Below, piece after piece: positions 1 through 17,886 of a DNA stretch of 64,000 nucleotides. Location of the stretch: sequence record PV611058.1, one strand, 5' to 3'. The notes under the pieces were generated by a model, which saw only the letters and a program-made list of their open reading frames with translations, ran no database searches and was not told where the DNA came from. Position 1 is the first letter of the stretch; each line of letters opens with the position of its first letter. Made by a program: the position numbers and the translations under genes.

Positions 1-591
1 ACAGTTATCAATAACATCTTCAATCTTATGTGGTAGAATTGTACTCTTATAACCTACTGACATACTATCGTTACCAAACAAAGATAGTGGGATAATAGGT
101 AAAAAGAAACTTGGTTCCATTGTAGTACCATCATAGTTCTCTTTCATTGGAATAATGTCAGAGTCACGCAGTACTAACATTTCAGTACTTTTATTCTTTT
201 TAACATAAGTATAACGAGCAGAAGCTGGAGTACTGTTTACTTGTGTACCAAAACCACCACGTTTACCAATGAGTGGGTAGTTGTTTACGACTGGTGATGC
301 TAGGTTCTGAAGAGTACCAGATGCAGATGTATCACCGTGTAGATAGATACCATCACTAATCATTTTACCAGCACATGATACAGTTTTGATTTCACCACTA
401 ACTTTTGATAGGGTGAAGATTGCTTTACGCTGTGAACTCTTAAGGCCATCAATCCCAGGGATTGCACGGTCTAGTGTGTACATTGAATATTCTAGTGATG
501 TGGTATTCACATAATCAGAACTGTTATAATCTAGTAGAGTTAGTGTTTGGTTATCGATGCTTTGATTTTCGGTTTTTTTACTTTTAGCCAT
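1..591 (-). CDS. gp52: DNA topoisomerase II medium subunit (gp52/GyrA-like), 3' end truncated by window edge
   Basis: Manual translation from ATG at 591: MAKSKKTENQ...RAIPGIDGLKSSQRKAIFT...YLHGDTS...GGFG...PASARYTY (catalytic Tyr motif); open to the window edge. Confidence 0.93.
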   Translation of the reverse strand, partial: MAKSKKTENQSIDNQTLTLLDYNSSDYVNTTSLEYSMYTLDRAIPGIDGLKSSQRKAIFTLSKVSGEIKTVSCAGKMISDGIYLHGDTSASGTLQNLASPVVNNYPLIGKRGGFGTQVNSTPASARYTYVKKNKSTEMLVLRDSDIIPMKENYDGTTMEPSFFLPIIPLSLFGNDSMSVGYKSTILPHKIEDVIDNC

Positions 592-611
592 TCCATTGTC
601 TCTTTGTAAAA

Positions 612-630
612 GGGGAACACCATGTTCCCC
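612..630 (-). terminator. Intrinsic terminator between the topoisomerase subunit genes
   Basis: GGGGAAC-5nt-GTTCCCC hairpin followed by a T-tract on the minus strand. Confidence 0.6.
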
Positions 631-641
631 ATTAATCTATA

Positions 642-2606
642 TTATTCCATCCAGTTCTTACGATCATCTGCACGTTTCTTGTTGAAAATCAAATCAAGTG
701 TTTCACCAAGACGTCCATCATCAGTAATCGCTACTGCAACACTGTTAGTGAATGCATCACGGAAGTTTGCTTTTTCTAACGTACCCAATCCTTTCGCACG
801 GGTTGCTTTCCAACCTTTCCAATCATCTGGGTTGTATTCATGTACATCATGACCATAGTAGTACTTGGATTCCTTACCTTTCTCTAGAATGATGAATGGT
901 GTTTTGAATATATACACAAATGGATTCTCTGGGTCTTGGAATAGTTCAGGCCAGAATTTGTATAGGAAGTTACATACTAAAGCACCAATGTTCTTTCCAT
1001 CCTCATCTTCGTCGGCACAGATATAAAGCTTACCATAGTTAAGGTCTGCTCTTTCCGCTTTCACACCAGGAATCAGGTTGATACTCGCCATTATATCATG
1101 CAATGCCATTGAATCCATTAATTCTTTGGTTTTCTCATTACCACTGACGTTCATAATTTTACCACGCAATGGTAGAATACCATGAACTTTAGGATCACGA
1201 GCACTCGCCATGTTGGAAATAGCAGAATCACCCTCAGCAATTAGTAGGATGCATTTGGAACGATCCGTACCTGTACTGTCCAGTAGTTTTGCAACTTTAC
1301 CTTTCAGTAGTTTTTTAGCTAGACGGCGATCTTCTTCTGCATCTTTCTTGTTGGTACGAGCAGCACAGCGTTCAAAAATTTCATCAATCCACTCTTTGTT
1401 CTTCTTGACTAATTCATCGAACCATTCAGAATTCATCGCTTGTTGAATTGGACGAATAACGTTTTCGTTGGTTAGTTTTGATTTAATCTGTGAGTTGAAT
1501 GATGGTGCTTTCATCGTTGTTACGTTATAAATCAACAGACCTTCTTCAATATCAGAGCGGTTAGGTTTCATCTTGCGTTTCTTTGATTCTTTCTCTAGAG
1601 CAGTCCCGACTCCTAATGAGAAGAATTTCTTGAATGTATCAAGATGTGTACCGCCATCAAATGCTGGGGCATTGTTAACCAAACCATGCATATGGAAGTT
1701 AGTGTTCATACCCGATACTGCATTAGGAACAATGTAGAAAGTACTGTTAAAGTTGAATGATTCATCTTTAACGTTCAATTGCATCAGTTTAGATGCGTTG
1801 AATAGTGCTTTTTCAGTAGTTCCTTTAATTGCAATACGCTTACCGTTAAGGAAAATCTTATAGGTAGGGTTAGCAGCAGACATTTCTTTCAAAATACTGT
1901 ATAGCAATTCAGTTGGTAGTTTACGGTTAGGAAATACCTCAGAACTCAGAGTGAAGCGAATTGTTGTTCCAGTCTTATCTGCTTGAACCTTACGAATAGT
2001 TGGTTCATGTACATGAAGTTCAGGAAACATAATAGTTCCTTCTTCGAACTTCTGATTGAACTTATAAAAACCGTCATATCCGTCATTGCTACTTTGTGTT
2101 TTATACGGGCGACCTTGGCGATGGATTTCAAGTTCAGCTTTAGAACTTACAATCATTGCAACTGAACCACCCAAACCATTCTGACCGATTGTTTCATCAC
2201 GCTTCGAGTCATCAAAGTTGCGACCAGTTTTAGTTTCAGTCATTACCATTGTACATAGATTTTTCTGATACTCAGGAACATAGTCAATTGGAATACCACG
2301 ACCATTATCACTGATCTCAAAGGATAACTCTTCTTCATTGAAATCAACTTTGAGTACTGGCTCTTTTGTTCCAGCTTTTTTAAATTCATCTAAGCTGTTA
2401 TCGATAATTTCACGAGTAGCAGTTAGAATTGCAGGAACCCACTCAACGTTTTTAACTTCATATCCAGACTCACCAAAGATCAGTACTTGACTTTCGTGAA
2501 CAGAACGTGAACCCAGATACATCTCAGTACGTAAGCGAGCATGTTGATAATCGTTTAGACGTTGTACATCATGTTCCTGAAGAACAGCACTTTCTTTCTT
2601 AGCCAT
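642..2606 (-). CDS. gp39: DNA topoisomerase II large subunit (ATPase + TOPRIM, fused gp39+60 type)
   Basis: GHKL motifs EIIDNSLDE, DNGRGIP, GQNGLGG; TOPRIM motifs IAEGDSA, PLRGKIMN, ADEDEDG, KGLG. Confidence 0.96.
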   Translation of the reverse strand: MAKKESAVLQEHDVQRLNDYQHARLRTEMYLGSRSVHESQVLIFGESGYEVKNVEWVPAILTATREIIDNSLDEFKKAGTKEPVLKVDFNEEELSFEISDNGRGIPIDYVPEYQKNLCTMVMTETKTGRNFDDSKRDETIGQNGLGGSVAMIVSSKAELEIHRQGRPYKTQSSNDGYDGFYKFNQKFEEGTIMFPELHVHEPTIRKVQADKTGTTIRFTLSSEVFPNRKLPTELLYSILKEMSAANPTYKIFLNGKRIAIKGTTEKALFNASKLMQLNVKDESFNFNSTFYIVPNAVSGMNTNFHMHGLVNNAPAFDGGTHLDTFKKFFSLGVGTALEKESKKRKMKPNRSDIEEGLLIYNVTTMKAPSFNSQIKSKLTNENVIRPIQQAMNSEWFDELVKKNKEWIDEIFERCAARTNKKDAEEDRRLAKKLLKGKVAKLLDSTGTDRSKCILLIAEGDSAISNMASARDPKVHGILPLRGKIMNVSGNEKTKELMDSMALHDIMASINLIPGVKAERADLNYGKLYICADEDEDGKNIGALVCNFLYKFWPELFQDPENPFVYIFKTPFIILEKGKESKYYYGHDVHEYNPDDWKGWKATRAKGLGTLEKANFRDAFTNSVAVAITDDGRLGETLDLIFNKKRADDRKNWME

Positions 2607-2641
2607 TTGAATTCCTTTTTAATGTCTCTTTGTCATGCAAC

Positions 2642-2670
2642 ATTGTATCATCAATGCTTTGTTTGTCTCA
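2642..2670 (-). promoter_or_regulatory. Phage promoter, TGAGAC-N17-TACAAT class, upstream of the topoisomerase genes
   Basis: Minus strand TGAGACAAACAAAGCATTGATGATACAAT; same spacing recurs at 26197, 45297 and 63629. Confidence 0.65.
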
Positions 2671-2705
2671 AAAAAATATCGGGACATTAAATGCCCCGAC
2701 AATTA

Positions 2706-3499
2706 TTATTTTACCAGAAGTAATTGTAATTCAGCACTAGGACTAAATTCATCATCACTCCAGTACTTGTGAACCTTCTCTGGACTAGCCTTAGCCAGTA
2801 CTTCACCACCACCCACAATGTAGACTTGGTGTGAACCAATCAATCGGGTCCAGAATTTAATTGCATCATCTGTGTGAAGACTGTCACTTAGTACTTTAAT
2901 ACCATGAGAAACCATATCCATAAAGATATTATAGATGATACCTTTAGTACCAGTTTTAGAGGCTGTAGCAGAAATCTCAAACACTTGTGGTACACCAACC
3001 ACTGCATCATTCGACAAATGTCCACTAACGATAGCAAGCTGTTTACCCGCTTTATCATAGGCAATAAACCCAGTACCATTCTTATTCATAAACACATCAT
3101 AATCTTTGTGTTCTGCGAACTTAACCATGTTGTGCTTACCTGTCATCTCGGCAGTTTTGTCAACGAACTCGTCACGGTCTTGGCCTTGGAAACTATCGAA
3201 ACGTTGTGGCATTTCTTCCAATTTCTCTTTATGGTCTTCTTCACATGAATCCATTATATCACTAGTTCTGTCTTCTGTATCAGCTAATTCTGCATCTTGT
3301 ACAATATCAACCAAACCACGCATACTAGATTCTTTTACTTTATTAGGGAGTTTTGAACCTTTCTTAAGATTTCCCTCTTTTTCATCGGCTGCATTCCACT
3401 CTTTTGCTGCACTTTGTGAAATCCCTGCTTTTTTGGCGAATTCAGGATTATGGGCAGCAGCAGCGAAGAATTTCGCTTGGCTTTTACTTTTACTTGGCA

Positions 3500-3500
<1 letters not shown>
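2706..3500 (-). CDS. Putative head-packaged protein with a C-terminal GNAT-like domain
   Basis: N-terminal MPSKSKSQAKFFAAAAHNPEFAKK motif typical of phage virion proteins; VKE-S candidate processing site; C-terminal VLSDSLHTDDAIKFW resembles GNAT-fold motifs. Confidence 0.5.
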
Positions 3501-5667
<2,167 letters not shown>

Positions 5668-5680
5668 AGGTTATATACTG

Positions 5681-6743
<1,063 letters not shown>

Positions 6744-6787
6744 GTAATAAAAGCTCCGATATGGTTTTAATGTTCAATTCGATAGTA

Positions 6788-6816
6788 ATTATAGTTAAGA
6801 ACTAATGTTCTGTCAA
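6788..6816 (-). promoter_or_regulatory. Canonical sigma70 promoter upstream of infC
   Basis: Minus strand TTGACA-17-TATAAT (ttgacagaacattagttcttaactataat). Confidence 0.75.
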
Positions 6817-7007
6817 GCACTATCATTATGTTTTTTAATTGCTTCACAGATTGCTTGAACTTGCACTAGATAAGTTTTAGCAAACTCTGCTTGAGTACGC
6901 ACGCGTGGATTTGGTGCGTCTTTGATCATAAGTTCTAAGTCATAAACAACTTTATCGAAAACACCCTTGTCTTCAATAATACGATCATAAAAGGTTTTGT
7001 CAGTCAT
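6813..7007 (-). CDS. Hypothetical protein
   Basis: 64 aa ORF with GGAG RBS, fills intergenic space. Confidence 0.65.
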   Translation of the reverse strand: MTDKTFYDRIIEDKGVFDKVVYDLELMIKDAPNPRVRTQAEFAKTYLVQVQAICEAIKKHNDSA

Positions 7008-7030
7008 GTCAAGAACTCCATGTGGTTAAA

Positions 7031-7597
7031 TTATAATTTTACGTAAGAAACTACAGAAGCATCAGTAATAGAAGGTACGTTTAGGTACACATTCTCGTAC
7101 TCAATGAAATCAACAGTGGTGGTAGATAGTGCATCTTTAACACGTTGGATTGTTTTCTGAACAGAAATTTCTTCATTCTCAATTGCGTTAGTACCGTCAC
7201 CTTTTAGGGATTCGTTTAGCAACTCTTGAATAACTTCTGCTGCTTTAGCAGTTTTAAGATCAACAGTGGTTAGTGCAGCTTGTTCTTCAACACTTAGAGT
7301 GCTTAGGAATGGCTCGTAGCTGATATAACCAACATTGATGGTTGCACCAGTTGGAATAGTTGCTGCTGTGCCTGGGGTAGCAAATTCAACAGTACAATAC
7401 ACTGGAACAGAATATGTTGATAGTAGACGTGTAACCTGTAGGTAACGTAGTAGTGCTACAGACTTGTCAATTGTTTGTTGGTCGGTTGGTGCAGTTGTTG
7501 GGGAAGATGAATCATAATCTTCATACATATAATAAGGAATATTATCTAGATTTGTCCCTGCAACTTCAATTTTGAATACTTGTAGTAAATTGTTCAT
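7031..7597 (-). CDS. Putative virion structural protein
   Basis: Late promoter TAAATA at 7639-7634, GGAG RBS, highly expressed codon bias (CTA/GCA). Confidence 0.55.
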   Translation of the reverse strand: MNNLLQVFKIEVAGTNLDNIPYYMYEDYDSSSPTTAPTDQQTIDKSVALLRYLQVTRLLSTYSVPVYCTVEFATPGTAATIPTGATINVGYISYEPFLSTLSVEEQAALTTVDLKTAKAAEVIQELLNESLKGDGTNAIENEEISVQKTIQRVKDALSTTTVDFIEYENVYLNVPSITDASVVSYVKL

Positions 7598-7680
7598 TGT
7601 ATATTCTTCTCCATAATACAAAACACTTTTGATTATTTATTGTTAAGAATCAAAATTATTTGTGTATATCATTTAGTCTA

Positions 7681-9024
7681 TTAGAATCGTGCATTTTGAC
7701 GCAACATAACATTATAACGCGGTCGTGTCATTGCAGTATATAGGATTCTACATTTTGTATCATTAGTGCCAATACGCTCAATAAAATCAGTATCAAACCA
7801 GATGTTATCGAATGTACTTCCTTGTGATTTGTGAACAGTTGTTGCATAAGGATAGTTGATAATATGTAATTTGTTTTTAATCACATAGTAATCTTGCCAC
7901 ATATATGGTTTCTTTGTCAATGGGTTGATTTCTTTTTTCTCAATGTTTTTAACTAGTTCATCAAGTTTAGTTTCCATTGCAATTCTCGTTTCTGGCCCTA
8001 CACCTAAGATGTAGCTACCATTTGGTAAACGGAATTGCCAACAGTCAATCCCCATGAAACTTTCGGTTTTCACATCAGGACATTGGATGATTTGCTGGAC
8101 CACATATGGACTGTTCTCAGTGATACTTTCAAATACAATCGGTTCACCTTTTGTGAATTCCTCTGGTACTTCAAACAATTGGCTACGAATGTAGATGTTA
8201 GCCAAGTTCACACGGTAGTTAGTGTATGCCAAAATTTTATTTTCATTAACAAAATCAAATATCTTCTTAGCTGAACCTTTGTTCTCCATAATAAATTCAC
8301 GGTAAACTTCCAAGAAAAGATCTTCATCTTCAATTGGTGTAATAGTACTCAAACCATGTGTCTGGTGCATAATATCAAACGGGTTCTTGGATGTACCTAT
8401 GCACTCACGAATTGCAGTTGCAATTGCAAGTATAGGGTTATCCAACGCTTGACGTAAAACTTCTGTTAATTCATATTGTACTGGAACATCAAAAGTAGGG
8501 GAAAGCTTAGTTTCTCCTATTGTTCCTTCTGATTCAACTGGAGGCAACTGACAGCGATCACCGATGAATAAAACCGCTCGGCGAACACGCCACAATTGAT
8601 CCTGAATGTGTTGAAACAGTTCTTCTGAAATCATACTACATTCATCGACAATTAGAATATCAACATTAGTATTACTAACTTTACTTTGTGGGTCATGCTT
8701 CAGTACTTGACGATTCTTTTCATATACTAGTTTTAAACCTAGAAATGAGTGAATAGTACTAACCTGTGCATCTTCTTTAGTTAACCCAGCATTGTTGATT
8801 AGCATATTGCGAATAACAGAGTTTGCCTTGTGTGTTGGCGATGTTACTGCAATATTGTAATTTTTACATAGTGCTTTAACAATCTCAGCAGTAGTGAAAG
8901 TTTTACCTGTACCCGCTGGTGCTGACAGTACAGATATAGTTTTACCTGCATAATTATAAACACGATCTACAAAATTATCAAAAATTTCTTGTTGCTTATC
9001 CGTAAGCTTGATTTTACTCATCAT
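7681..9024 (-). CDS. dda: Dda-like SF1B DNA helicase
   Basis: APAGTGKT, SPTHKAN, TIHSFL, IVDECSMI, FIGDRCQLPPV, YATTVHKSQGSTF, YTAMTR. Confidence 0.93.
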   Translation of the reverse strand: MMSKIKLTDKQQEIFDNFVDRVYNYAGKTISVLSAPAGTGKTFTTAEIVKALCKNYNIAVTSPTHKANSVIRNMLINNAGLTKEDAQVSTIHSFLGLKLVYEKNRQVLKHDPQSKVSNTNVDILIVDECSMISEELFQHIQDQLWRVRRAVLFIGDRCQLPPVESEGTIGETKLSPTFDVPVQYELTEVLRQALDNPILAIATAIRECIGTSKNPFDIMHQTHGLSTITPIEDEDLFLEVYREFIMENKGSAKKIFDFVNENKILAYTNYRVNLANIYIRSQLFEVPEEFTKGEPIVFESITENSPYVVQQIIQCPDVKTESFMGIDCWQFRLPNGSYILGVGPETRIAMETKLDELVKNIEKKEINPLTKKPYMWQDYYVIKNKLHIINYPYATTVHKSQGSTFDNIWFDTDFIERIGTNDTKCRILYTAMTRPRYNVMLRQNARF

Positions 9025-9046
9025 TCCCTCGACTGATTATTACACT

Positions 9047-10355
<1,309 letters not shown>

Positions 10356-10402
10356 TTATTACTTTAACTCCATATAAACTATCAAAAAAACGTAAATTTG
10401 GG

Positions 10403-10408
10403 TAAATA
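10403..10408 (+). promoter_or_regulatory. T4-type late promoter for the holin-like pair
   Basis: TAAATA about 40 nt upstream of ATG 10449. Confidence 0.55.
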
Positions 10409-10432
10409 CTTTATAAAAATAACAATAAGATT

Positions 10433-11888
<1,456 letters not shown>

Positions 11889-11889
11889 A

Positions 11890-13294
<1,405 letters not shown>

Positions 13295-13329
13295 TCATTA
13301 TAGCACAGTTCTGGTGTTTGTCCTAAATT

Positions 13330-13497
13330 TTATTCGGTTGGTACAAACATGACAATGTGTGCCTGAACGACTCTAGTACCATCTACCAGTACAAGACCAT
13401 TGGGACAAACATCAGATACTGCACCAGTTACCTTAAATCCACCAGTTAGGTAGAAGTCATAGATAACATTACGCTCAATTGTAAAAATATCACTCAT
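13330..13497 (-). CDS. Hfq/Sm-fold-like small protein
   Basis: YDFYLTGGFKVTGAV...VVQAHIVMFVP aligns by eye with Hfq VSIYLVNGIKLQGQI...MVYKHAISTVVP. Confidence 0.5.
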   Translation of the reverse strand: MSDIFTIERNVIYDFYLTGGFKVTGAVSDVCPNGLVLVDGTRVVQAHIVMFVPTE

Positions 13498-13545
13498 ATA
13501 AATTCCATAAGAAAAGGGATTCATAGAATCCCTGTTAGTTTTATT

Positions 13546-14670
13546 TTATAGTTTAAATGGCGAGAATGTATCTCCTTGGATATCATTCACAATACCACCA
13601 ATGATATAAGAACTGATTTCAGTTTCTTGTGGTGCTACCTGTACAGAACTACCACTTACCCAGTGTTCAGTCCACGGTAGTGGGTTACTCTTGGATACAG
13701 TATATGGACATTTGATACCAAGTGCAGTCATACGCTTAGAACCAATCCAGCGAACATACTGTTTAAGAATTTCAGAGTTCAATCCAATAATAGAACCATC
13801 TTTAAAGAGGAAATCTGCCCATGCTTCTTCTTGGCGAATAGCAGACATAAACATTTCCAGTACTTCATCATAGCACTCTTCGGCAATTTTTACCATATCT
13901 GGATCTTCTTTCTTTAGAAGACGTAAAATCATTTGTGTTGCTGCGAGATGAAGGTTTTCATCACGACAAATTAGACGAATAATCTTTGCATTACCTTCCA
14001 TGAGGTTGTTCTCTGCAAATGCCCATGAACAAGCAAAACTAGCATAGAAACGAACACCTTCAAGAATGTTAATACTATTCAAACATAACCATAGTTTTTT
14101 CTTTAGATCATACATATTAATTTCAATAGTTTTACCATTAACAGTATGAGTACCTTCACCTAATGCACGATACAATGTTCCTAGTTCATCAAGGTCATCA
14201 TAGTATTTTGAAACATCAGCAGCACAATCAGTGATTTCTGGAATGTCCAACATAGTATCAAAAACTTCAGATGGATTAGGATAAATGTTACGAATAATAT
14301 GTGTATATGATTTACTATGAATAGCACCTTCAAAGAACGCCCATGTTTCAATAAAGTTTTCAAGTTCAGGTAGAGATGCATATGGCAGTAGCATTAGATT
14401 AGGACCACGACCTTGAACTGAATCAAGAAGGATTTGACGTTTTAAGTTTGATGTAAAGATATGCTTCTCAGAATCATTGAGGTTAGCAAAATCAATTTTA
14501 TCTTTAGATACGTCAACTTCACCTGGTGTCCAGAAGAAACTTTTCTGTTGTTCAGTTAGTTTTTCAAGTGTAGAGTATTTGTTACTTTCAAATCGTTGAA
14601 TATCAACACTTTCATCAAAAAACATATTCTTTTCTAGGTGAGACTTCTCATTAATTTTGAAAACTGACAT
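13546..14670 (-). CDS. nrdB: Ribonucleotide reductase class Ia beta subunit
   Basis: FFWTPGEVD, LKRQILLDSVQGRGP, FEGAIHSKSY, LEGVRFY, DENLH, VAPQETEISSY. Confidence 0.97.
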   Translation of the reverse strand: MSVFKINEKSHLEKNMFFDESVDIQRFESNKYSTLEKLTEQQKSFFWTPGEVDVSKDKIDFANLNDSEKHIFTSNLKRQILLDSVQGRGPNLMLLPYASLPELENFIETWAFFEGAIHSKSYTHIIRNIYPNPSEVFDTMLDIPEITDCAADVSKYYDDLDELGTLYRALGEGTHTVNGKTIEINMYDLKKKLWLCLNSINILEGVRFYASFACSWAFAENNLMEGNAKIIRLICRDENLHLAATQMILRLLKKEDPDMVKIAEECYDEVLEMFMSAIRQEEAWADFLFKDGSIIGLNSEILKQYVRWIGSKRMTALGIKCPYTVSKSNPLPWTEHWVSGSSVQVAPQETEISSYIIGGIVNDIQGDTFSPFKL

Positions 14671-14682
14671 ATATATATTCCT

Positions 14683-15456
14683 TTATGTATTAATTTTATG
14701 ACCCAATTTATATGATAGCCAATGGATATCACTAATTCCTTCTTGTGAACCCAAGTGTAGTGTAAGTAGTTCATTCCATGTCAAAACTGTATTATTGTCC
14801 GGTGTATGAGCATTGTATCGAGCCATACCATCGGCACATGGGTCCAACGCGAGTATTTGATTACCCGTAATAGTTTTTGCTGGTGCTTCTAACCCCATCA
14901 ATGAGCGTATATCATCCGATAGTATTTGAAATGCGGATACTGCTGCAACATTTAATGCAGTAATATTATCTTTGATAAAATCAACCGTTAAAGTTTGATA
15001 ATATGAAATATAGTTCTTATCAATATAATCCCATTTATCTTTAATGAAATCAAGTGTTAGTTTTTGGTATCTGGAAATTTCCGACATTACACCATCTCTA
15101 AATTCAACAAGGTCATTCCATTTGTCTTGAATAAAATCTTGTGTTAGTTTTTGATACTTAGCAACAGTATCCAGAAAGTTATCTTTGAAGTCATTCCATT
15201 TTTCCATAATCAATTCCATTGGCATGACTACATATTGTGCAATAACATTTTTATCAAACCACTCCCACTTTTCTTTAAGAAAATCAGTTGTCATTGTTTG
15301 ATATCGAGCTAACATATTAGGGTTCATTTTATCAAAATGTTTTTTTATAAAGTCTTGTGGGAGTTTTTGATAGCGAACAATCATATCCATATCAAGATCA
15401 TCCCAAAATTCTTCTATGAATCCAATATCTATTGGACTACGATAGTCAACTTTCAT
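14683..15456 (-). CDS. Tandem helical-repeat protein (about seven YQKL.xDFI..W repeats) between nrdA and nrdB
   Basis: Repeats of 23-29 aa such as IVRYQKLPQDFIKKHF, VAKYQKLTQDFIQDKW, ISRYQKLTLDFIKDKW. Confidence 0.75.
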   Translation of the reverse strand: MKVDYRSPIDIGFIEEFWDDLDMDMIVRYQKLPQDFIKKHFDKMNPNMLARYQTMTTDFLKEKWEWFDKNVIAQYVVMPMELIMEKWNDFKDNFLDTVAKYQKLTQDFIQDKWNDLVEFRDGVMSEISRYQKLTLDFIKDKWDYIDKNYISYYQTLTVDFIKDNITALNVAAVSAFQILSDDIRSLMGLEAPAKTITGNQILALDPCADGMARYNAHTPDNNTVLTWNELLTLHLGSQEGISDIHWLSYKLGHKINT

Positions 15457-15501
15457 TATATCACTCCTATGAAATAAATCCCGCCGAAGCGGGATCTTTA
15501 A

Positions 15502-17820
15502 TTAGATCTTACAACTATCACAATCACCTTCATCTAAGTCAGGTAGTGTAGGCAACACAAACTGTCCTGATTCTGGTTTTGCAGCTTCTTTTAGTACTTT
15601 CTCAACATCAACTTCATCAGAACCATCATTAGTATTATGATAGTACAGATTTTTCAAACCAACTTTGTATGCATACATTAATTCAGTTAGTAGTGTTGAC
15701 ATTGGCAACTTACCATCAGGGAAGTGTGCTGGATTGTAACTGGTATTCACACTGATACTTTGGTCAATGTATTTCTGAAGAACACCACAGATTTGTAGAT
15801 AACCGATGTTATCTTTCTGGTCCCACAATAAATCATATTTGTTTTTCAACTTATTGATTTCAGGAACTACTTGTTTCAGAATACCATCTTTAGATAGTTT
15901 CTTAGTTACAAGTGAACGAGGTTTCTCAATACCATTAGTACTGTTACTGATTTGTGCACTAGTTTCTGCTGGCATCAGTGCCATAGTTGTTGCGTTACGA
16001 ATACCATATTGTTTGATATCCTGACGCAATGTTTCCCAATCTTGTTTTAGTTCAGGAGATACCAACGCATCAATATCTTCTTTATAGGTATCAATTGGTA
16101 AAATACCTTTAGCATATTTTAGTGTGTCAAAACCTTCACACTTACCTTTCTCTTTAGCAAGCTGAACAGAAGATTTAATTAGATAATAAGACCATGCTTC
16201 AGCCCACTCGTTAACTGTTTCCAATGCAGCTTCATTGTAACGCAAACCACGTTTAGCAAGGAAGTATGCAAAGTTAATTATACCAACACCTAATGGGCGA
16301 TACATTTTAGTTGCACGGTCAGCATGAACTACTGGGTAGTCTTGATAATCCAATAGAGAATCAAGAGCACGTACAGAAAGATCACAAGCAGTTTCCATAT
16401 CTTCTGGGCGGTCAAAGTTACCCCAGTTGATTGCACTCAAAGTACATAGACTAATCAAACCTTCGCCAGTATTAATATCATCAAATGGCACAGATGGTAG
16501 TGCGATTTCTTGACACAAGTTGGATTGTTCAATTGGTGCAATTGATTCAATAAAGGTTGAGTGTGTGTTTGCATGGTCAATGTTTTGAATATAGATACGA
16601 CCAGTTTCTGCACGCTCAGTCATTAGAGTACTGAATACTTCAACAGCAGATACAGATTTTTTACGAATGCTTGGATCAGCTTCATACTTCTTGTACAGCT
16701 TTTCAAATTCTTTTTGGTTAGAACAGAATGCTTCATATAGCCCAGGAACTTCATTAGGACTAAAGAATGTAATATTCTTGCCATCCACTAAACGTTGATA
16801 TAGTGTTTTGTTCACTTGGAAACAATAGTCAAGTTGTCGAACACGGTTGAACTCAGTACCTTTGTTATTTTTCAGTACTACAAGATTGTCAAATTCCAAA
16901 TGCCACAATGGGAAGTGGACTGTTGCTGCACCACCACGTACACCACCTTGAGAGCAGCTTTTAACGGTCTTAGCAGTTGATGCAATGAAAGGAATCAAAC
17001 CAGTGTGTACTGCATCACCTGAACGAATCTCGGAGTCCAGAGCACGAATGCGGCCCATATTGATACCAAGTCCAGCTTTGCGGGAAATATAACGTAGGAT
17101 AGCGTGGTTAGAAGAACCAATACTATCTAGACTATCCCCAACGTTTAGTACTACACAAGAACTAAACTGACGTGTATTGGTACGTAGACCAGCCATGATA
17201 GGAGTCGGGAGACTGATATCAAAGTTACTAACAGCATCATAAAACTTCTTAACATAAGACATACGTACAGAGCGATCATACTCCATAAAGATGATTGCTG
17301 CAATGGTCATATATGCCATTTGTGGAGTTTCGTAGATTTTCTTAGTTACGCGATTCTTATATAGATACTTTCCTTCCCACTGACGCATAGCAACATAAGT
17401 GAATTTATCATCACGTTTATGTTTGATGTAACGTCCAAGCTCTTCAATTTCTTGAAGTGTGTATTTCTCAAGAATTTCTGGATCATAGATTTTTGTATCT
17501 ACCATTTCTTGTAGATGTGCAGTGTACTTGATAGGGTCATAGTCACCATACACTTGCTTACGGATACTATAATTTAGTAAGCGACCAGCAACGTATTGGT
17601 AGTTTGGTGTATCTTCAGAAATAAGTTCTGCTGCTGATTTAATCAGAATATCATGAATAGTATTTGTTTCAATACCTTCAAAGAATTGAAGTTGTGCACG
17701 AATTTCAATTTCGGAAACAGATACACCACTCAGCCCTTCGGCAGCAAAAAATAAAATTTGATGGATCTTATCCAAAGATAACGGTTCTTTTTTTCCATTA
17801 CGCTTGGTTACGTTAATCAT
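15502..17820 (-). CDS. nrdA: Ribonucleotide reductase class Ia alpha subunit
   Basis: ATP-cone VTKRNG; PTPIMAG, FSSCV, SNLCQEI, LCTLSAIN, LMPAETSAQI, C-terminal CDSCKI. Confidence 0.98.
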   Translation of the reverse strand: MINVTKRNGKKEPLSLDKIHQILFFAAEGLSGVSVSEIEIRAQLQFFEGIETNTIHDILIKSAAELISEDTPNYQYVAGRLLNYSIRKQVYGDYDPIKYTAHLQEMVDTKIYDPEILEKYTLQEIEELGRYIKHKRDDKFTYVAMRQWEGKYLYKNRVTKKIYETPQMAYMTIAAIIFMEYDRSVRMSYVKKFYDAVSNFDISLPTPIMAGLRTNTRQFSSCVVLNVGDSLDSIGSSNHAILRYISRKAGLGINMGRIRALDSEIRSGDAVHTGLIPFIASTAKTVKSCSQGGVRGGAATVHFPLWHLEFDNLVVLKNNKGTEFNRVRQLDYCFQVNKTLYQRLVDGKNITFFSPNEVPGLYEAFCSNQKEFEKLYKKYEADPSIRKKSVSAVEVFSTLMTERAETGRIYIQNIDHANTHSTFIESIAPIEQSNLCQEIALPSVPFDDINTGEGLISLCTLSAINWGNFDRPEDMETACDLSVRALDSLLDYQDYPVVHADRATKMYRPLGVGIINFAYFLAKRGLRYNEAALETVNEWAEAWSYYLIKSSVQLAKEKGKCEGFDTLKYAKGILPIDTYKEDIDALVSPELKQDWETLRQDIKQYGIRNATTMALMPAETSAQISNSTNGIEKPRSLVTKKLSKDGILKQVVPEINKLKNKYDLLWDQKDNIGYLQICGVLQKYIDQSISVNTSYNPAHFPDGKLPMSTLLTELMYAYKVGLKNLYYHNTNDGSDEVDVEKVLKEAAKPESGQFVLPTLPDLDEGDCDSCKI

Positions 17821-17886
17821 GTGTCATCCTTGTTATATTGTTTATACAGTTCTTAAATTTTGTGGAAGAAAAAGGCGGGACGCCTT

